A program made the position numbers and the translations under genes. This document shows, in pieces, positions 27,472 to 37,377 of a stretch of DNA of 64,000 nt. The first letter of the stretch is position 1, and each line of letters starts with the position of its first letter. The stretch lies in contig DATAYP010000064.1 of NCBI GenBank assembly GCA_036272475.1, positions 4,443-68,442 of the forward strand, given 5' to 3'. The stretch is from Solirubrobacteraceae bacterium. Its GTDB lineage: Bacteria; Actinomycetota; Thermoleophilia; Solirubrobacterales; Solirubrobacteraceae. The notes beneath the pieces are model-generated. The model had not been told where the DNA came from and ran no database searches. It was given only the letters and a program-made list of their open reading frames with translations.

Positions 27472-27772
27472 TTGGGTTGCCTTTCGGTGAATGGTGAAGC
27501 CGCACGAGGCGCTTACTCACACCAGACACTTCCCTCACGGAGTTCCTTTCTAAAGAGCCAGTAATTGTTCCCGGCGCGTGTCGACGGCCCGTGGCCGAGG
27601 ATCCGTAGCCGCCCGGTCGGAGGCGTGCCGGCCACGGGCGAAACTCCGCCGGGGCGGGACGCGCAGCCTCGCGGGACCGCGCGACTCCCGGCGGCCGACC
27701 GATGAGGAATCGGGACCGGGGCCGTCTGTTGGTAAAGATGGCCGTCGGACACCGCGACCCGGAAGGAAGCAG

Positions 27773-29254
27773 ATGAGCTCAGCAGCATCGGATGGGCGGG
27801 CACGCTGGTTTGCGCTTGCCGTGCTCTGCCTCGGCTCGCTGATGATCGTGCTCGACACGACGATCGTGAACGTGGCGCTGCCGTCGATCAAGAAGGACCT
27901 TCGCTTCAACGAAACGTCGCTGGCATGGGTCGTGAATGGCTACCTGCTGACGTTCGGCGGGTTCCTCTTGCTGGGCGGGCGACTGGGCGACCTGTTCGGG
28001 CACCGCCGCCTGTTCCTCTGCGGGATCGCGCTGTTCACGCTCGCGTCGCTGGCGTGCGGCTCGGCGACGAGCCAGGGCGCGCTCGTCGCTGCGCGTCTCG
28101 TCCAGGGCTTCGGCGGCGCGATCGTCTCGGCCGTCTCGCTCTCGCTGATGGTCTCCCTGTTCCGCGAGCCCGACGACCGCGCGAAGGCGATGGGCGTCTT
28201 CGGGTTCGTCGCCGCGGGCGGCGGCACGCTCGGAGTGCTGCTCGGCGGGATCCTCACGGATCTGCTGACCTGGCACTGGATCTTCCTCGTGAACGTGCCG
28301 ATCGGCGCCGGGGTGGCCGTGCTCGCGCTGCGGTTGCTGCCCGCCGAGCGCGTCTCGGGCGGGCCCCGGCGGCTCGACGTTGCCGGCGCGGTGACGGTGA
28401 CGGCGGCTCTGATGCTCGCCGTGTACGCGATCGTCAACGGCAACCAGGCCGGCTGGACCTCCGCGCGTACGCTCGGACTGCTCGCCGCGTCCGCCGCGCT
28501 GTTCGGCGGCTTCGTCTTCGTGGAGTCGCGAACCGCCTCACCACTCGTCCCGTTGGGCCTCTTCCGCCTGCGCAATCTCGCGACGGCGAACGCCGTGGGC
28601 GTCCTGTGGGCGGGCGCGATGTTCGCCTGGTTCTTCCTCTCCGCGCTCTATCTGCAGCTCGTCCTCGGATACACCCCGCTCCAGGTCGGGCTCGCGTTCC
28701 TGCCGGCGAACCTGATCATGGGAGCGTTCTCGCTCGGCATCTCCGCGAGGCTCGTGATGCGCTTCGGCGTGAAGCTTCCGCTCGTCGCGGGACTGTCGCT
28801 CGCATCCGCCGGGCTCGTCCTGTTCGCCCGCGCGCCCGTCGGCGGCGACTTCCTCCTCGACGTGCTTCCCAGCATGACCCTGCTCGGTTTCGGCGCTGGA
28901 ATCGCCTTCAACCCCGTGTTGCTCGCGGCCATGGGTGACGTCGAACCGAGCGACTCCGGTCTCGCGTCGGGTCTCGTCAACACCTCCTTCATGATGGGCG
29001 GCGCGCTCGGGCTCGCGCTGCTCGCGAGCATCGCCGCCTCGCGCACGAGTCACCTGCTCGCCTCCGGCCTCAGCCGGGCGGCGGCACTCGACGGCGGCTA
29101 CCACACGGCGTTTCTGATCGGCGCGCTATTCGCGGCGCTGGCGGCGGTTCTCGGGGGGCTGCTGCTCGAGTCCAGAGGCGGCGCGACCGAGCCCGATCGG
29201 AGCCCTGGAATGAGCGCGGACGCCTCACGCGCGCAACCTGAACCGGGGAGCTGA
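27773..29254 (+). CDS. MFS transporter, DHA2 (EmrB/QacA, 14-TM) type
   Basis: Motifs: LGSLMIVLDTTIVNVALPSI, GGRLGDLFGHRR; many TM segments. Confidence 0.9.
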   Translation: MSSAASDGRARWFALAVLCLGSLMIVLDTTIVNVALPSIKKDLRFNETSLAWVVNGYLLTFGGFLLLGGRLGDLFGHRRLFLCGIALFTLASLACGSATSQGALVAARLVQGFGGAIVSAVSLSLMVSLFREPDDRAKAMGVFGFVAAGGGTLGVLLGGILTDLLTWHWIFLVNVPIGAGVAVLALRLLPAERVSGGPRRLDVAGAVTVTAALMLAVYAIVNGNQAGWTSARTLGLLAASAALFGGFVFVESRTASPLVPLGLFRLRNLATANAVGVLWAGAMFAWFFLSALYLQLVLGYTPLQVGLAFLPANLIMGAFSLGISARLVMRFGVKLPLVAGLSLASAGLVLFARAPVGGDFLLDVLPSMTLLGFGAGIAFNPVLLAAMGDVEPSDSGLASGLVNTSFMMGGALGLALLASIAASRTSHLLASGLSRAAALDGGYHTAFLIGALFAALAAVLGGLLLESRGGATEPDRSPGMSADASRAQPEPGS

Positions 29255-29281
29255 TCGGCCCTCCGCGCGTCGCTCGGCCGG

Positions 29282-30055
29282 CTAGGTGAGCCGCTCTACT
29301 GCGTAGGCGGCCAGCTCCGACGGCGCCCCGGCGGCGCTGAACGGCCGCCGCCTCGCCCTCACAGATGCCGCGTCGAGCTCCCTCAGGGTCCTGTCGGAGA
29401 CGATCACCTCACCCGGCTCGGCAGCCTCGGACAGGCGCGCGGCGATGTTGACGTCCACGCCGAAGTAGTCACCTCCGATCCTCCGCGGGCGACCAAGATG
29501 GATGCCCGTTCGCAGCCGCGGCGTATACCCGTCGACCTCGACCGACGCAATTCGCGCGCGCGCCTCGAACGCCGCCTCCGTGGCGCTGCGTGCGTCCCGG
29601 AAGGCGCCCATCAGCCCGTCGCCGAGCCGCTTGACCACTTCTCCGCGCCGCTCGAGGATCGGCGGCTCGATCGCCTCGCTGACTGCCCGCAGCAGCACGA
29701 TCGCAAGCTCGTCACCCGCCTCCAGGGCCCAGCTCGAGAAGCCCACCAGATCGGTGAAGAGCACCGCGACGTCCACCTCGCCGCGACCGCGGCCCCGGGA
29801 CTCGGACATTCGCTGCCATCCCTGAAGCACCGCAAAGCCGAGCTCGCCGAGCACGCCGGGCCGCTCGGCCCGCACTACGGCCAGCTGACGCGCGGCCAGA
29901 TCTGCGGGGCGCCCGCGGGCGGTCGACAGCCGATCGTCGATCTCTTCCTCGCCGAGTGCGACATGGCGCGTGCGACGCGCCGCCCCGACCAGGCTGGGAT
30001 GGCGGTTCAGCCGGCGAACCGTTCCGACCAATCGCCGTGCCCGGCTCTCCTCCAC
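29282..30055 (-). CDS. adenylate/guanylate cyclase domain protein
   Basis: Class III cyclase motifs: VAVLFTDLVGFS, KRLGDGLMGAF, RTGIHLGRP..GGDYFGVDVNIAARL. Confidence 0.85.
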   Translation of the reverse strand: MEESRARRLVGTVRRLNRHPSLVGAARRTRHVALGEEEIDDRLSTARGRPADLAARQLAVVRAERPGVLGELGFAVLQGWQRMSESRGRGRGEVDVAVLFTDLVGFSSWALEAGDELAIVLLRAVSEAIEPPILERRGEVVKRLGDGLMGAFRDARSATEAAFEARARIASVEVDGYTPRLRTGIHLGRPRRIGGDYFGVDVNIAARLSEAAEPGEVIVSDRTLRELDAASVRARRRPFSAAGAPSELAAYAVERLT

Positions 30056-30130
30056 TTCGGCCGGATCCTAGTTGCATCGCCCGGTGCCGGGCGTCCACGC
30101 GAGCGCGGACACCCGGCACCGGCTCGCGGT

Positions 30131-30610
30131 TCAGCTCTGCAGCCGCTGCGCGAAGCGCCGCAGTCCGACGCCCCAGCCGTCGGCTGAGCCGACGGCATCG
30201 CGCATCCGCTCCCACCCTTCTCCGTGACGCTCGATGTTGCGGTGCTCGAGCTCGACGCGCGTCCGCTCGCCGTCTTCGGGGACGAACCGGACTTCGACCT
30301 CACTCGTCTGCTCGGGATCGGAGGCGATCTTCCAGTCGAGCGTGATGTCCCAGCTGAAGACGACGCGCACCGGCGGCTCGTATGCGAGCACGCGAGCCCA
30401 CCGCGACTCGCTCCCGTCGACGCCGCGGTCGATCACGTGACCACCGACACGGGGCTCGAAAACCATCTCGGCGAGCTCGGCGCCGAGGATGTGGTGCTCG
30501 GGCGGCCACCAGCTCCCGATGTCGTTGGTGAACACGTCGAATGCCCGCGCGGCGGGGGCGTCGACGACGATCGACGTCTTCACAGAGGTGCCTGCTACTT
30601 GGGTTGTCAT
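30131..30610 (-). CDS. SRPBCC (Aha1/activator of Hsp90 ATPase-like) domain protein
   Basis: Motifs: IVVDAPAARAFDVFTNDIGSWWP, RVLAYEPPVRVVFSW. ATGA overlap with the ArsR gene. Confidence 0.85.
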   Translation of the reverse strand: MTTQVAGTSVKTSIVVDAPAARAFDVFTNDIGSWWPPEHHILGAELAEMVFEPRVGGHVIDRGVDGSESRWARVLAYEPPVRVVFSWDITLDWKIASDPEQTSEVEVRFVPEDGERTRVELEHRNIERHGEGWERMRDAVGSADGWGVGLRRFAQRLQS

Positions 30611-30930
30611 GCGTTCTCCTTGGGGGTTTGGCTCTCGACGGCCTCCTTGAAGGCGCCGAGACCCTGGTTCCAGAACCGCTCGAGGTAGGTGCGAACAGCA
30701 CCGACGCCGGCCGGGTCCACTTGATAGATGCGACGGTTGCCGACGGCCGTGTCGCTGACGAGCCTCGCGTCCTTGAGCACCCGGAGGTGCTGCGAGACGG
30801 CGGGCCGGCTGACGGGCAGCTCGCGCGCCAGCTCCCCGACGGATCGCGGTCCACCGGCGAGCTGCTCGAAGATGGCTCGCCGCGTCGGGTCGGCGAGCGC
30901 GGCGAATCCGTTGGCTTGGTAAGGCGTCAC
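30607..30930 (-). CDS. ArsR/SmtB family transcriptional regulator
   Basis: LADPTRRAIFEQLAGGPRSVGELARELPVSRPAVSQHLRVLKDARLV; GTG start. Confidence 0.9.
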   Translation of the reverse strand: MTPYQANGFAALADPTRRAIFEQLAGGPRSVGELARELPVSRPAVSQHLRVLKDARLVSDTAVGNRRIYQVDPAGVGAVRTYLERFWNQGLGAFKEAVESQTPKENA

Positions 30931-31158
30931 TTACGGTAAGCATACACTTACGGACACCCGTGTCAAGCCCGAGCCCGCGTTCGCCGACGAGGCTCGCGGC
31001 GCTCGACGCCCGGCCCGAGACCCGGCGGGCGGCTTCGTCGCCCACCGTTGGCGCAATCGGTACGAGTCCGTTCGCCGGACGATGCGAGCAGACGCGTGAT
31101 AGGTTCCGCGCGCAGGGCGTCCCAGATGCCATCAACGCGTCCGAGAGGGGTCGAGGAC

Positions 31159-32634
31159 ATGGTGCGGAGAGTCGCGGGCAGTGCTGTCGTGTCGATGCTC
31201 GTCACGGTTGGCGCGCTCGGGTTGGCGCCGGCGGCGGGAGCCGCCACGACGACCCAGCTGCTTCTGAGCCAGGGGGCCGCGTTCTCGCTCCTCGGGCATT
31301 CCTGCGGTGGCATCCAGGAGCACGGCTACGCGACCGGCTTCGGCTCCGGCGGCTACCCGACGGGCGACGTCTACATGCAGACGCGCTGCGGCGGCAGCGG
31401 CCGCGGAGGCGGCTACAAAACCACGACGTACTCGGCGTGGGCGACCGCGACGTGGGACTGGTACGGGGGAACCCGCAGCTTCGCACGGCTCGAAGGGCCC
31501 GCCGAAGTGAGCACCAGCTTCTCGGCCGAAGACGGCTTCGGCGACCGCGTCTACAACACGACGGCGGCCGCGTACCTGGAAACGACCTCGCCGCCCGTCG
31601 TCCCCCCCGCCGCGCCGAGCGGCGTGACGGCGGCCCAGTCGAACATCGAAGTCGGGGAACACCTCGAACTGCGCTTCCAGGTCGGCTGGACGCCCGCGCC
31701 TGACACCGCCGCGCTGATCAGCTCCTCGACGGTGACGGCCACACCGGTCGGCTCGGGCGCGCCCGTCCTCAACACGACCGTCAGCGGTGGCGGCAGCACC
31801 GCGATCGTCGGGCCGCTCGCGCCGCTCACGACCTACCGCATCACCGTCACGAACACCGACGCGGAAGGCACGAGCGCGCCCAGCGCGCCGATCGAAGCGA
31901 CGAGTCCGAACGCGGACGGTGAAGCACCCGGCGAACCGCCGCCCACGCCGCCCGACTTCGGGCGCTGCGTGAAAGTCGCGGGGAACGGCGAATTCACGAC
32001 CGCGAGCTGCCAGGTCGAAAGCACCACACAGACCGGCAACTACGAATGGGTGCCGGGGGTCGAAAAGGGAGGCTTCACGACAGCGCTCAAGCCGGCCACC
32101 GCCATCAAGCTGGAAGCGGCGAAGAGCAAGGAAAAAGTGACCTGCACCGGCGAGTCGGGGGCCGGGCAGATCACCGGATCGAAAACGGTCGGCGCCGTGA
32201 CGATCACCTTGACGGGCTGCGAAAGCCTCGGCGGCAAGTGCACGACCTCCGGCCTTGGCGGAGGCGAAGTCCAGACGGCGACGCTCGAAGGCGTGCTCGG
32301 GGTCGAAAAGGTCACGGAAGTGGCGGGCAAAGAAACCGTCCACGCGGCGCTCGACCTCCACCCCGCCCCCAAAGCCGGGCCGCTCCTGCAATTCACATGC
32401 AGCACGAACGGCATCTGGGCGCTCAACGGCTCGCTCATCGCGCCTGTCGCCTCGGGCAAAACGGTCAAGACGACCGCCTTCAAGCTCGTCGCGAGCGGCG
32501 GGCGGCAGAAACCCGAATCCTTCGAAGGCGGCGTGCGCGAAGTACTCGTCAACGAACTCGCCGAACAGGTCGGCGTCTCGCTCACCGCTACGCAGAGCAA
32601 CGAGGAAGCGGTCGAGGTGAACACGGTCGTATAG
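31159..32634 (+). CDS. secreted protein: signal peptide, Cys-containing N-domain, Fn3-like middle, Pro-rich linker, Cys-rich Lys/Thr/Gly beta-rich C-domain
   Basis: Signal MVRRVAGSAVVSMLVTVGALGLAPAAGA. YRITVTNTDAEGTSAPS resembles Fn3. The linker is EAPGEPPPTPPDFG. No characterised family recognised. Confidence 0.75.
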   Translation: MVRRVAGSAVVSMLVTVGALGLAPAAGAATTTQLLLSQGAAFSLLGHSCGGIQEHGYATGFGSGGYPTGDVYMQTRCGGSGRGGGYKTTTYSAWATATWDWYGGTRSFARLEGPAEVSTSFSAEDGFGDRVYNTTAAAYLETTSPPVVPPAAPSGVTAAQSNIEVGEHLELRFQVGWTPAPDTAALISSSTVTATPVGSGAPVLNTTVSGGGSTAIVGPLAPLTTYRITVTNTDAEGTSAPSAPIEATSPNADGEAPGEPPPTPPDFGRCVKVAGNGEFTTASCQVESTTQTGNYEWVPGVEKGGFTTALKPATAIKLEAAKSKEKVTCTGESGAGQITGSKTVGAVTITLTGCESLGGKCTTSGLGGGEVQTATLEGVLGVEKVTEVAGKETVHAALDLHPAPKAGPLLQFTCSTNGIWALNGSLIAPVASGKTVKTTAFKLVASGGRQKPESFEGGVREVLVNELAEQVGVSLTATQSNEEAVEVNTVV

Positions 32635-32756
32635 CCGCCGCACTGGCAACCCCGCGCGCGACGGAGATCGTCGAAAGCATGGACTGATCCCAAACGAGGT
32701 CTCCGCTCGCCGACCGTCGAGCGCGAAGGGGTTCAAACTGACGGCCGTGAGGACTC

Positions 32757-35123
32757 TTGGTGGGTGAGCTCCGGCCGCAGGCGGGCGAGCAGCAGCAGCC
32801 GCGCGGGCTGAGCGAGGCGGAGGCGGCCGGCCGCCTCGAGGCGCGCGGCAAGCTGCCGCGCCAGAGCTCGAGCCGCTCCTACGCGAGCATCGTCCGCGCC
32901 AACACGCTCAACATCCCCAACGGGATCCTGCTGTTCTTCGGCGTGCTGACGCTCGCGTTCGCGTCCTGGCGCGACGCGCTGTTCCTCGGGATCCTCGTCT
33001 CGAACGTCGCGATCGGCTCCTTTCAGGAGATCCGCTCCAAGCGCGCACTCGACCGGCTCGCGGCGCTCGTCGCGCCGGACGCCAACGTCGTCCGCGACGG
33101 GGTCGAGCGGCGGGTGCCCGTCGATCAGGTGGTCGTCGGCGATCTCGTCCGCCTCGCGGCGGGCGACCAGGTCGTCGCGGACGGCCGCCTCGTCAGCGCG
33201 GACGCGCTCGTGCTCGACGAGGCCAACCTGACCGGCGAGTCCGAACCGGTCGTCCGTGGGGCCGGCGATCCGGTGTGGTCGGGCTCGTTCGCGGTCGAGG
33301 GCGACTCGCTGTTCGAGGCGACAGCCGTGGGCCCCGACAGCCGGGCCGAGCGGCTCGCGGCAACGGCGCGCACGTTCCGCCATCCGCGCTCGCCGCTCGA
33401 GCGCGCGAACGACCGGCTGCTGCTGCGGATCGTCGCGTTCTCGGCGCCGCTCGCGGTCGCGCTCACGGTCTCCGTCCTCACGAGCGGTGGAAGCACCGCC
33501 TCCCACGTCCAGGCGATCACAGCGGGGATCGTCAACCTCGTGCCCGAGGGGCTGATCCTGCTGATCAGCGTCACCGCCGCCGCGTCGGCCTTCAAGATGG
33601 CAAGGCGGGGGGTGCTCGCGCAGCAGCTCAACGCGATCGAGTCGCTCGCTTCCGTCGACGTCCTCTGCACCGACAAGACGGGCACGCTCACCGAGCCGAC
33701 GCCGCGAGTCGTCGCGCTGCTGCCGACAGCGGGGACCGAGGAGGAGACCTTCGCGGGCGCGCTGTCGAGGTACGCGGCGAGCGCGCCCTCACGCAACATC
33801 ACGCTCGACGCGATCAACGACGCCCATCTGGCGCAGGCGAGCAGCATCCCGGTGGCGGCTCAGGTCCCGTTCTCCTCGCGCCGGCGCTGGAGCGCCCTCG
33901 ATCTCGACGGCGAGCGCATCGTGCTCGGCGCGCCCGAGCGGTTCACCGGCGCCGGTGAGTCGTTCCTGGCGCGCGCGCGCGAGGAAGCGGGCGCGGGCCG
34001 GCGGGTGCTCGCGCTCGGACACAGCGAGCAGCCGCTGCCCGCCGGCGACGCGGACCCGGCCTTCCCGGAGGACGTCGAGCCGCTCGGCCTCGTCGTCCTC
34101 GCCGAGCGGCTCAGACCGAACGCCGAGGAGACGGTGGCGTTCTTCGCCGAGCAGGATGTCGCGCTGAAGGTGCTCTCGGGTGATGCGCCCGCGACCGTTG
34201 GTGCGATCGCCCGCGACGCGGGCGTGCCCGGGACGCGCCCCGCGCTCGACGGCGAGACGCTGCCCAGCGACGACGAGACGCTGCGCGAGGCGATCCGCTC
34301 GGCGCCGGCGGTCGGACGGATCTCCCCCGAGGGCAAGCGCGCGGTCGTGCACGCGCTGGCCGACGACGGCAGCTACGTGGGGATGGTCGGCGACGGCGTC
34401 AACGACGTTCCCGCGCTGAAGGAGGCGCGTCTCGCGATCGCGCAGGGATCGGGGACGCAGATGGCTCGATCGGTCGCCGACCTCGTGCTGGTGCAGGATG
34501 ACTTCGCGAGCGTTCCGGCGATGGTGGCCGAGGGCCGGCAGATCCTGCGCAACGTGCAGCGCGTTGCGCAGCTGTTCGTCACGAAGACCGTCTTCACGGC
34601 GGTCGTCGGGCTGGCTGTCGGGATCCCCACGGCTACGTTTCCACTGCTGCCACGGCAGTTCACGATCGCCTCGACGGTGACGATCGGAATTCCCGCCTTC
34701 CTGATCGCGCTCGCGCCGAGCTCGGGTCCTTGGCGGCCCGACGGGTTCCTGCGCGCGGTCGCTCGCTTCGCGCTGCCGGCCGGTATCGCGGTCGGCGTGG
34801 GCATCGTCGCCGGCTACCTGCTCGCGCGCTACGGGTTCGAACTCAGCCTCATGCGGTCCCGCACGGTCGCGACAGGCATCGTCGTCGTCTGCGGGTTGGC
34901 CGTGGTGATGCGGCTCGAGGGCGAGCGCGGGCGCCGGCGGCTGGCGATCGCGGGGCTCTGCACGCTGATGCTCGCGCTCTTCGCACTCGCGCTGCTGATC
35001 CCGTTCCTGCGCGAATTCTATGAGCTGGCGACCCCCACGGGCGAAGCCGTGGCGGCGTGGGCGGCGGGCACTGCGATCGGCGTGCTCGGCATGCTCGGCG
35101 CGCTGCGAGCGCTGAATATGTGA
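32757..35123 (+). CDS. cation-translocating P-type ATPase (P2-like)
   Basis: Motifs: DKTGTLTE, GDGVNDVPALK, TGES, and GLSEAEAAGRLEARG at the N-terminus. TTG/GTG start. Confidence 0.9.
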   Translation: MVGELRPQAGEQQQPRGLSEAEAAGRLEARGKLPRQSSSRSYASIVRANTLNIPNGILLFFGVLTLAFASWRDALFLGILVSNVAIGSFQEIRSKRALDRLAALVAPDANVVRDGVERRVPVDQVVVGDLVRLAAGDQVVADGRLVSADALVLDEANLTGESEPVVRGAGDPVWSGSFAVEGDSLFEATAVGPDSRAERLAATARTFRHPRSPLERANDRLLLRIVAFSAPLAVALTVSVLTSGGSTASHVQAITAGIVNLVPEGLILLISVTAAASAFKMARRGVLAQQLNAIESLASVDVLCTDKTGTLTEPTPRVVALLPTAGTEEETFAGALSRYAASAPSRNITLDAINDAHLAQASSIPVAAQVPFSSRRRWSALDLDGERIVLGAPERFTGAGESFLARAREEAGAGRRVLALGHSEQPLPAGDADPAFPEDVEPLGLVVLAERLRPNAEETVAFFAEQDVALKVLSGDAPATVGAIARDAGVPGTRPALDGETLPSDDETLREAIRSAPAVGRISPEGKRAVVHALADDGSYVGMVGDGVNDVPALKEARLAIAQGSGTQMARSVADLVLVQDDFASVPAMVAEGRQILRNVQRVAQLFVTKTVFTAVVGLAVGIPTATFPLLPRQFTIASTVTIGIPAFLIALAPSSGPWRPDGFLRAVARFALPAGIAVGVGIVAGYLLARYGFELSLMRSRTVATGIVVVCGLAVVMRLEGERGRRRLAIAGLCTLMLALFALALLIPFLREFYELATPTGEAVAAWAAGTAIGVLGMLGALRALNM

Positions 35124-35202
35124 TGTCGCCGCGCACACGGGCGTCTTCTAAGCTGCGCACAGATACCGGCGAGCGCGCGTGGCGGCCGGGAGGGAGACAT
35201 CG

Positions 35203-36591
35203 ATGGCCGTGAGAGCACACATACAGATCGACCCCGAGCGGGTCGCCGAGCTGACCGAGCGCGAGCTCGCGGCACTGAACGCCCGGACGCAACGGTCGAG
35301 GGAGATGTACGAACGCGCGCGCGAGTCGCTCAGCGGCGGCGTCGCCTCCTCCTATCAGCTGCGCGACCCATGGCCGATCTATCTCGTCTCCGGCGAGGGC
35401 CCGACGGTGACAGACGTCGACGGGAACCGCTACTGGGACTTCCACAACGGCTTCGGCTCGATGGTGCAGGGGCACGCCCATCCCGAGATCGTCGAGGCGG
35501 TGCGCGCGCGCGTCGCGCTCGGAACGCATTTCGCCGCCGTGACCGAGGACACGGTCGCGGTCGCAGAAGATCTGCGCGAGCGTTTCGGACTCGCGCGCTG
35601 GCGGATCGTCAACTCGGGCTCGGAGGCGACGATGGACGCGATTCGGATCGCGAGGGGGCTGACGGGGCGCGAGACGATCATGAAGATCTTCGGCTCATAC
35701 CACGGCCACCACGACGCGGTGATGGTCTCGATCGGCGTGCCCTACGATCAGATCGGCGACCGCGACAACCTCGCCTCGCTGCCCTACGGCGCGGGGATCC
35801 CCAAGGCCGTCAGCGACCTCACGATCCCTGTCCCGTTCAACGACGCCGAGGCGATGGAGAGACGGATCGCCGGTCTGGCGGCCGAAGACAGGCTGCCGGC
35901 CTGCGTGATCATGGAGGCGGCGATGATGAACCTCGGCGTCGTGCTGCCGGAGCCGGGCTACCTCGAGCAGGTCCGCGAGATCACCTCGCGCCACGGCATC
36001 GTGCTGATCTTCGACGAGGTCAAGACCGGTCTCGCGATCGCCGCCGGCGGCGCCACCGAGCGATTCGGCGTCCAGCCCGACATGGTGACGCTCGCCAAGA
36101 CCCTCGGTGGCGGGCTGCCGTCGGGGGCGATCGGCGGGAGCGAGCAGGTGATGAGCGTTGTGGAGGACGGCAGCGTCTACCAGGTCGGAACCTACAACGG
36201 GAACCCGCTCGCGATGGCTGCCGCGCGGGCGAGCCTCGAGCGCGTGATGACACCCGACGGCTACCGTCACCTGGACGCGCTCAACAGCCGCATCCTCGCG
36301 GGCTGCGAAGCGGTGATCGAGCGTCACGCGCTGCCCGGCTACGCCGTCGGGATCGGCTCCAAGGGGTGCGTCACCTTCTCGCCCACCCGGATCGTCGACT
36401 ACGAAACCTTCAAGGCAAACCAGGACGTTGCCGTGACCGAGCTCGCATGGCTCTGGAACATGAACCGCGGCATCTACATGACGCCGGGACGCGAGGAGGA
36501 GTGGACGCTGTCGGTGACGCACACCGACGAGGCCGTCGACGCCTACGTGAACGCCTTCGACGAGATGGCGGCGGCGCTCACCGCCGGCTGA
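35203..36591 (+). CDS. class III aminotransferase (glutamate-1-semialdehyde aminomutase-like)
   Basis: GGGAGGGAG RBS. Motifs: NSGSEATMDAIRIARG, LIFDEVKTG, TLAKTLGGGLP. Confidence 0.9.
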   Translation: MAVRAHIQIDPERVAELTERELAALNARTQRSREMYERARESLSGGVASSYQLRDPWPIYLVSGEGPTVTDVDGNRYWDFHNGFGSMVQGHAHPEIVEAVRARVALGTHFAAVTEDTVAVAEDLRERFGLARWRIVNSGSEATMDAIRIARGLTGRETIMKIFGSYHGHHDAVMVSIGVPYDQIGDRDNLASLPYGAGIPKAVSDLTIPVPFNDAEAMERRIAGLAAEDRLPACVIMEAAMMNLGVVLPEPGYLEQVREITSRHGIVLIFDEVKTGLAIAAGGATERFGVQPDMVTLAKTLGGGLPSGAIGGSEQVMSVVEDGSVYQVGTYNGNPLAMAAARASLERVMTPDGYRHLDALNSRILAGCEAVIERHALPGYAVGIGSKGCVTFSPTRIVDYETFKANQDVAVTELAWLWNMNRGIYMTPGREEEWTLSVTHTDEAVDAYVNAFDEMAAALTAG

Positions 36592-37360
36592 CGGCGGCGT
36601 ACTCCTCGGGGAGCTGGGCCGTCATGTCCAGCCACTCCTTCTCGCTGACCGCCTCGCGCAGCGTCGCCAGCACGGCACGCGCGTGCTCGTGTGCCTCCGC
36701 CGGGGTGACACCCTCCCGCTCGGCCACGCGTCGCTCGAACTCCGTCAGCGACATCGGCCGCGCGGCCCCGTTGCTGAGCGCGTCGCCTCGCCTGAGCGGC
36801 TCGTGCAGCTCAGGCGGCAGCTGCTCGCTCAGGTCCTCGACCTCTCCGCCGGAGATTCGTTCCGCGAGCGTCTCGAGTACGGCGTCGGCGGCGCGCAGCG
36901 CCTGCTCGCCGTCGAGCCCGGCTCGCTCGGCGACCAGCCGGAGGAACTCCTCGGCCGGCAGCGGCTCGATCAGCTCACCGCGCGGCAGCAGCGGCGCGAA
37001 GCTCTTCGGCAGCTCGGCGATCATGTCGTCGAGCTCATCCGGTGGCACGCTGCGGCTGAGCGCGAGAAGCACGGCACGGGCGTGTCGTTCGGCGGTCTTG
37101 CGGTCGACCTCCTCCCGCTTGGCAACGCGGCGGACGAACTCGTCGGCGTCGAACGGCTCGGCGGCGGTGTCGGTGCCGAGCCACGGGCCGAGCTCGTCGG
37201 GTAGCTGTTGTCCCAGGTCGCGTGCCTCGCCGGCCGAGAGGCGCTCCGCGAGCGTCTGGAGGACCGCGTGGGCGGCCGCCTCGGCGTCCCCGCGCCCGAC
37301 GCCGGCTGCCTCCTGGACGATCGCCATGAACCGCTCGTAGTCGACTCCGGGATCGCCCAT
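36578..37360 (-). CDS. DUF2267 protein with two tandem DUF2267 repeats
   Basis: The pattern AE.HARAVL.TL.E.(L/I)S.GE..DL..QLP.EL is repeated, and each half has a second sub-repeat. Confidence 0.75.
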   Translation of the reverse strand: MGDPGVDYERFMAIVQEAAGVGRGDAEAAAHAVLQTLAERLSAGEARDLGQQLPDELGPWLGTDTAAEPFDADEFVRRVAKREEVDRKTAERHARAVLLALSRSVPPDELDDMIAELPKSFAPLLPRGELIEPLPAEEFLRLVAERAGLDGEQALRAADAVLETLAERISGGEVEDLSEQLPPELHEPLRRGDALSNGAARPMSLTEFERRVAEREGVTPAEAHEHARAVLATLREAVSEKEWLDMTAQLPEEYAAVSRR

Positions 37361-37377
37361 GGCGGGACCGGGCCCGC

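Noticed and set aside
27587-27720. Guanidine (ykkC-type) riboswitch in the MFS leader.
   Set aside because: Only loose resemblance (GGTCGGAGG, ACGGGCGAAAC...GGGGCGGGA). The conserved ykkC core is not reproduced. It is kept only as a generic structured leader.
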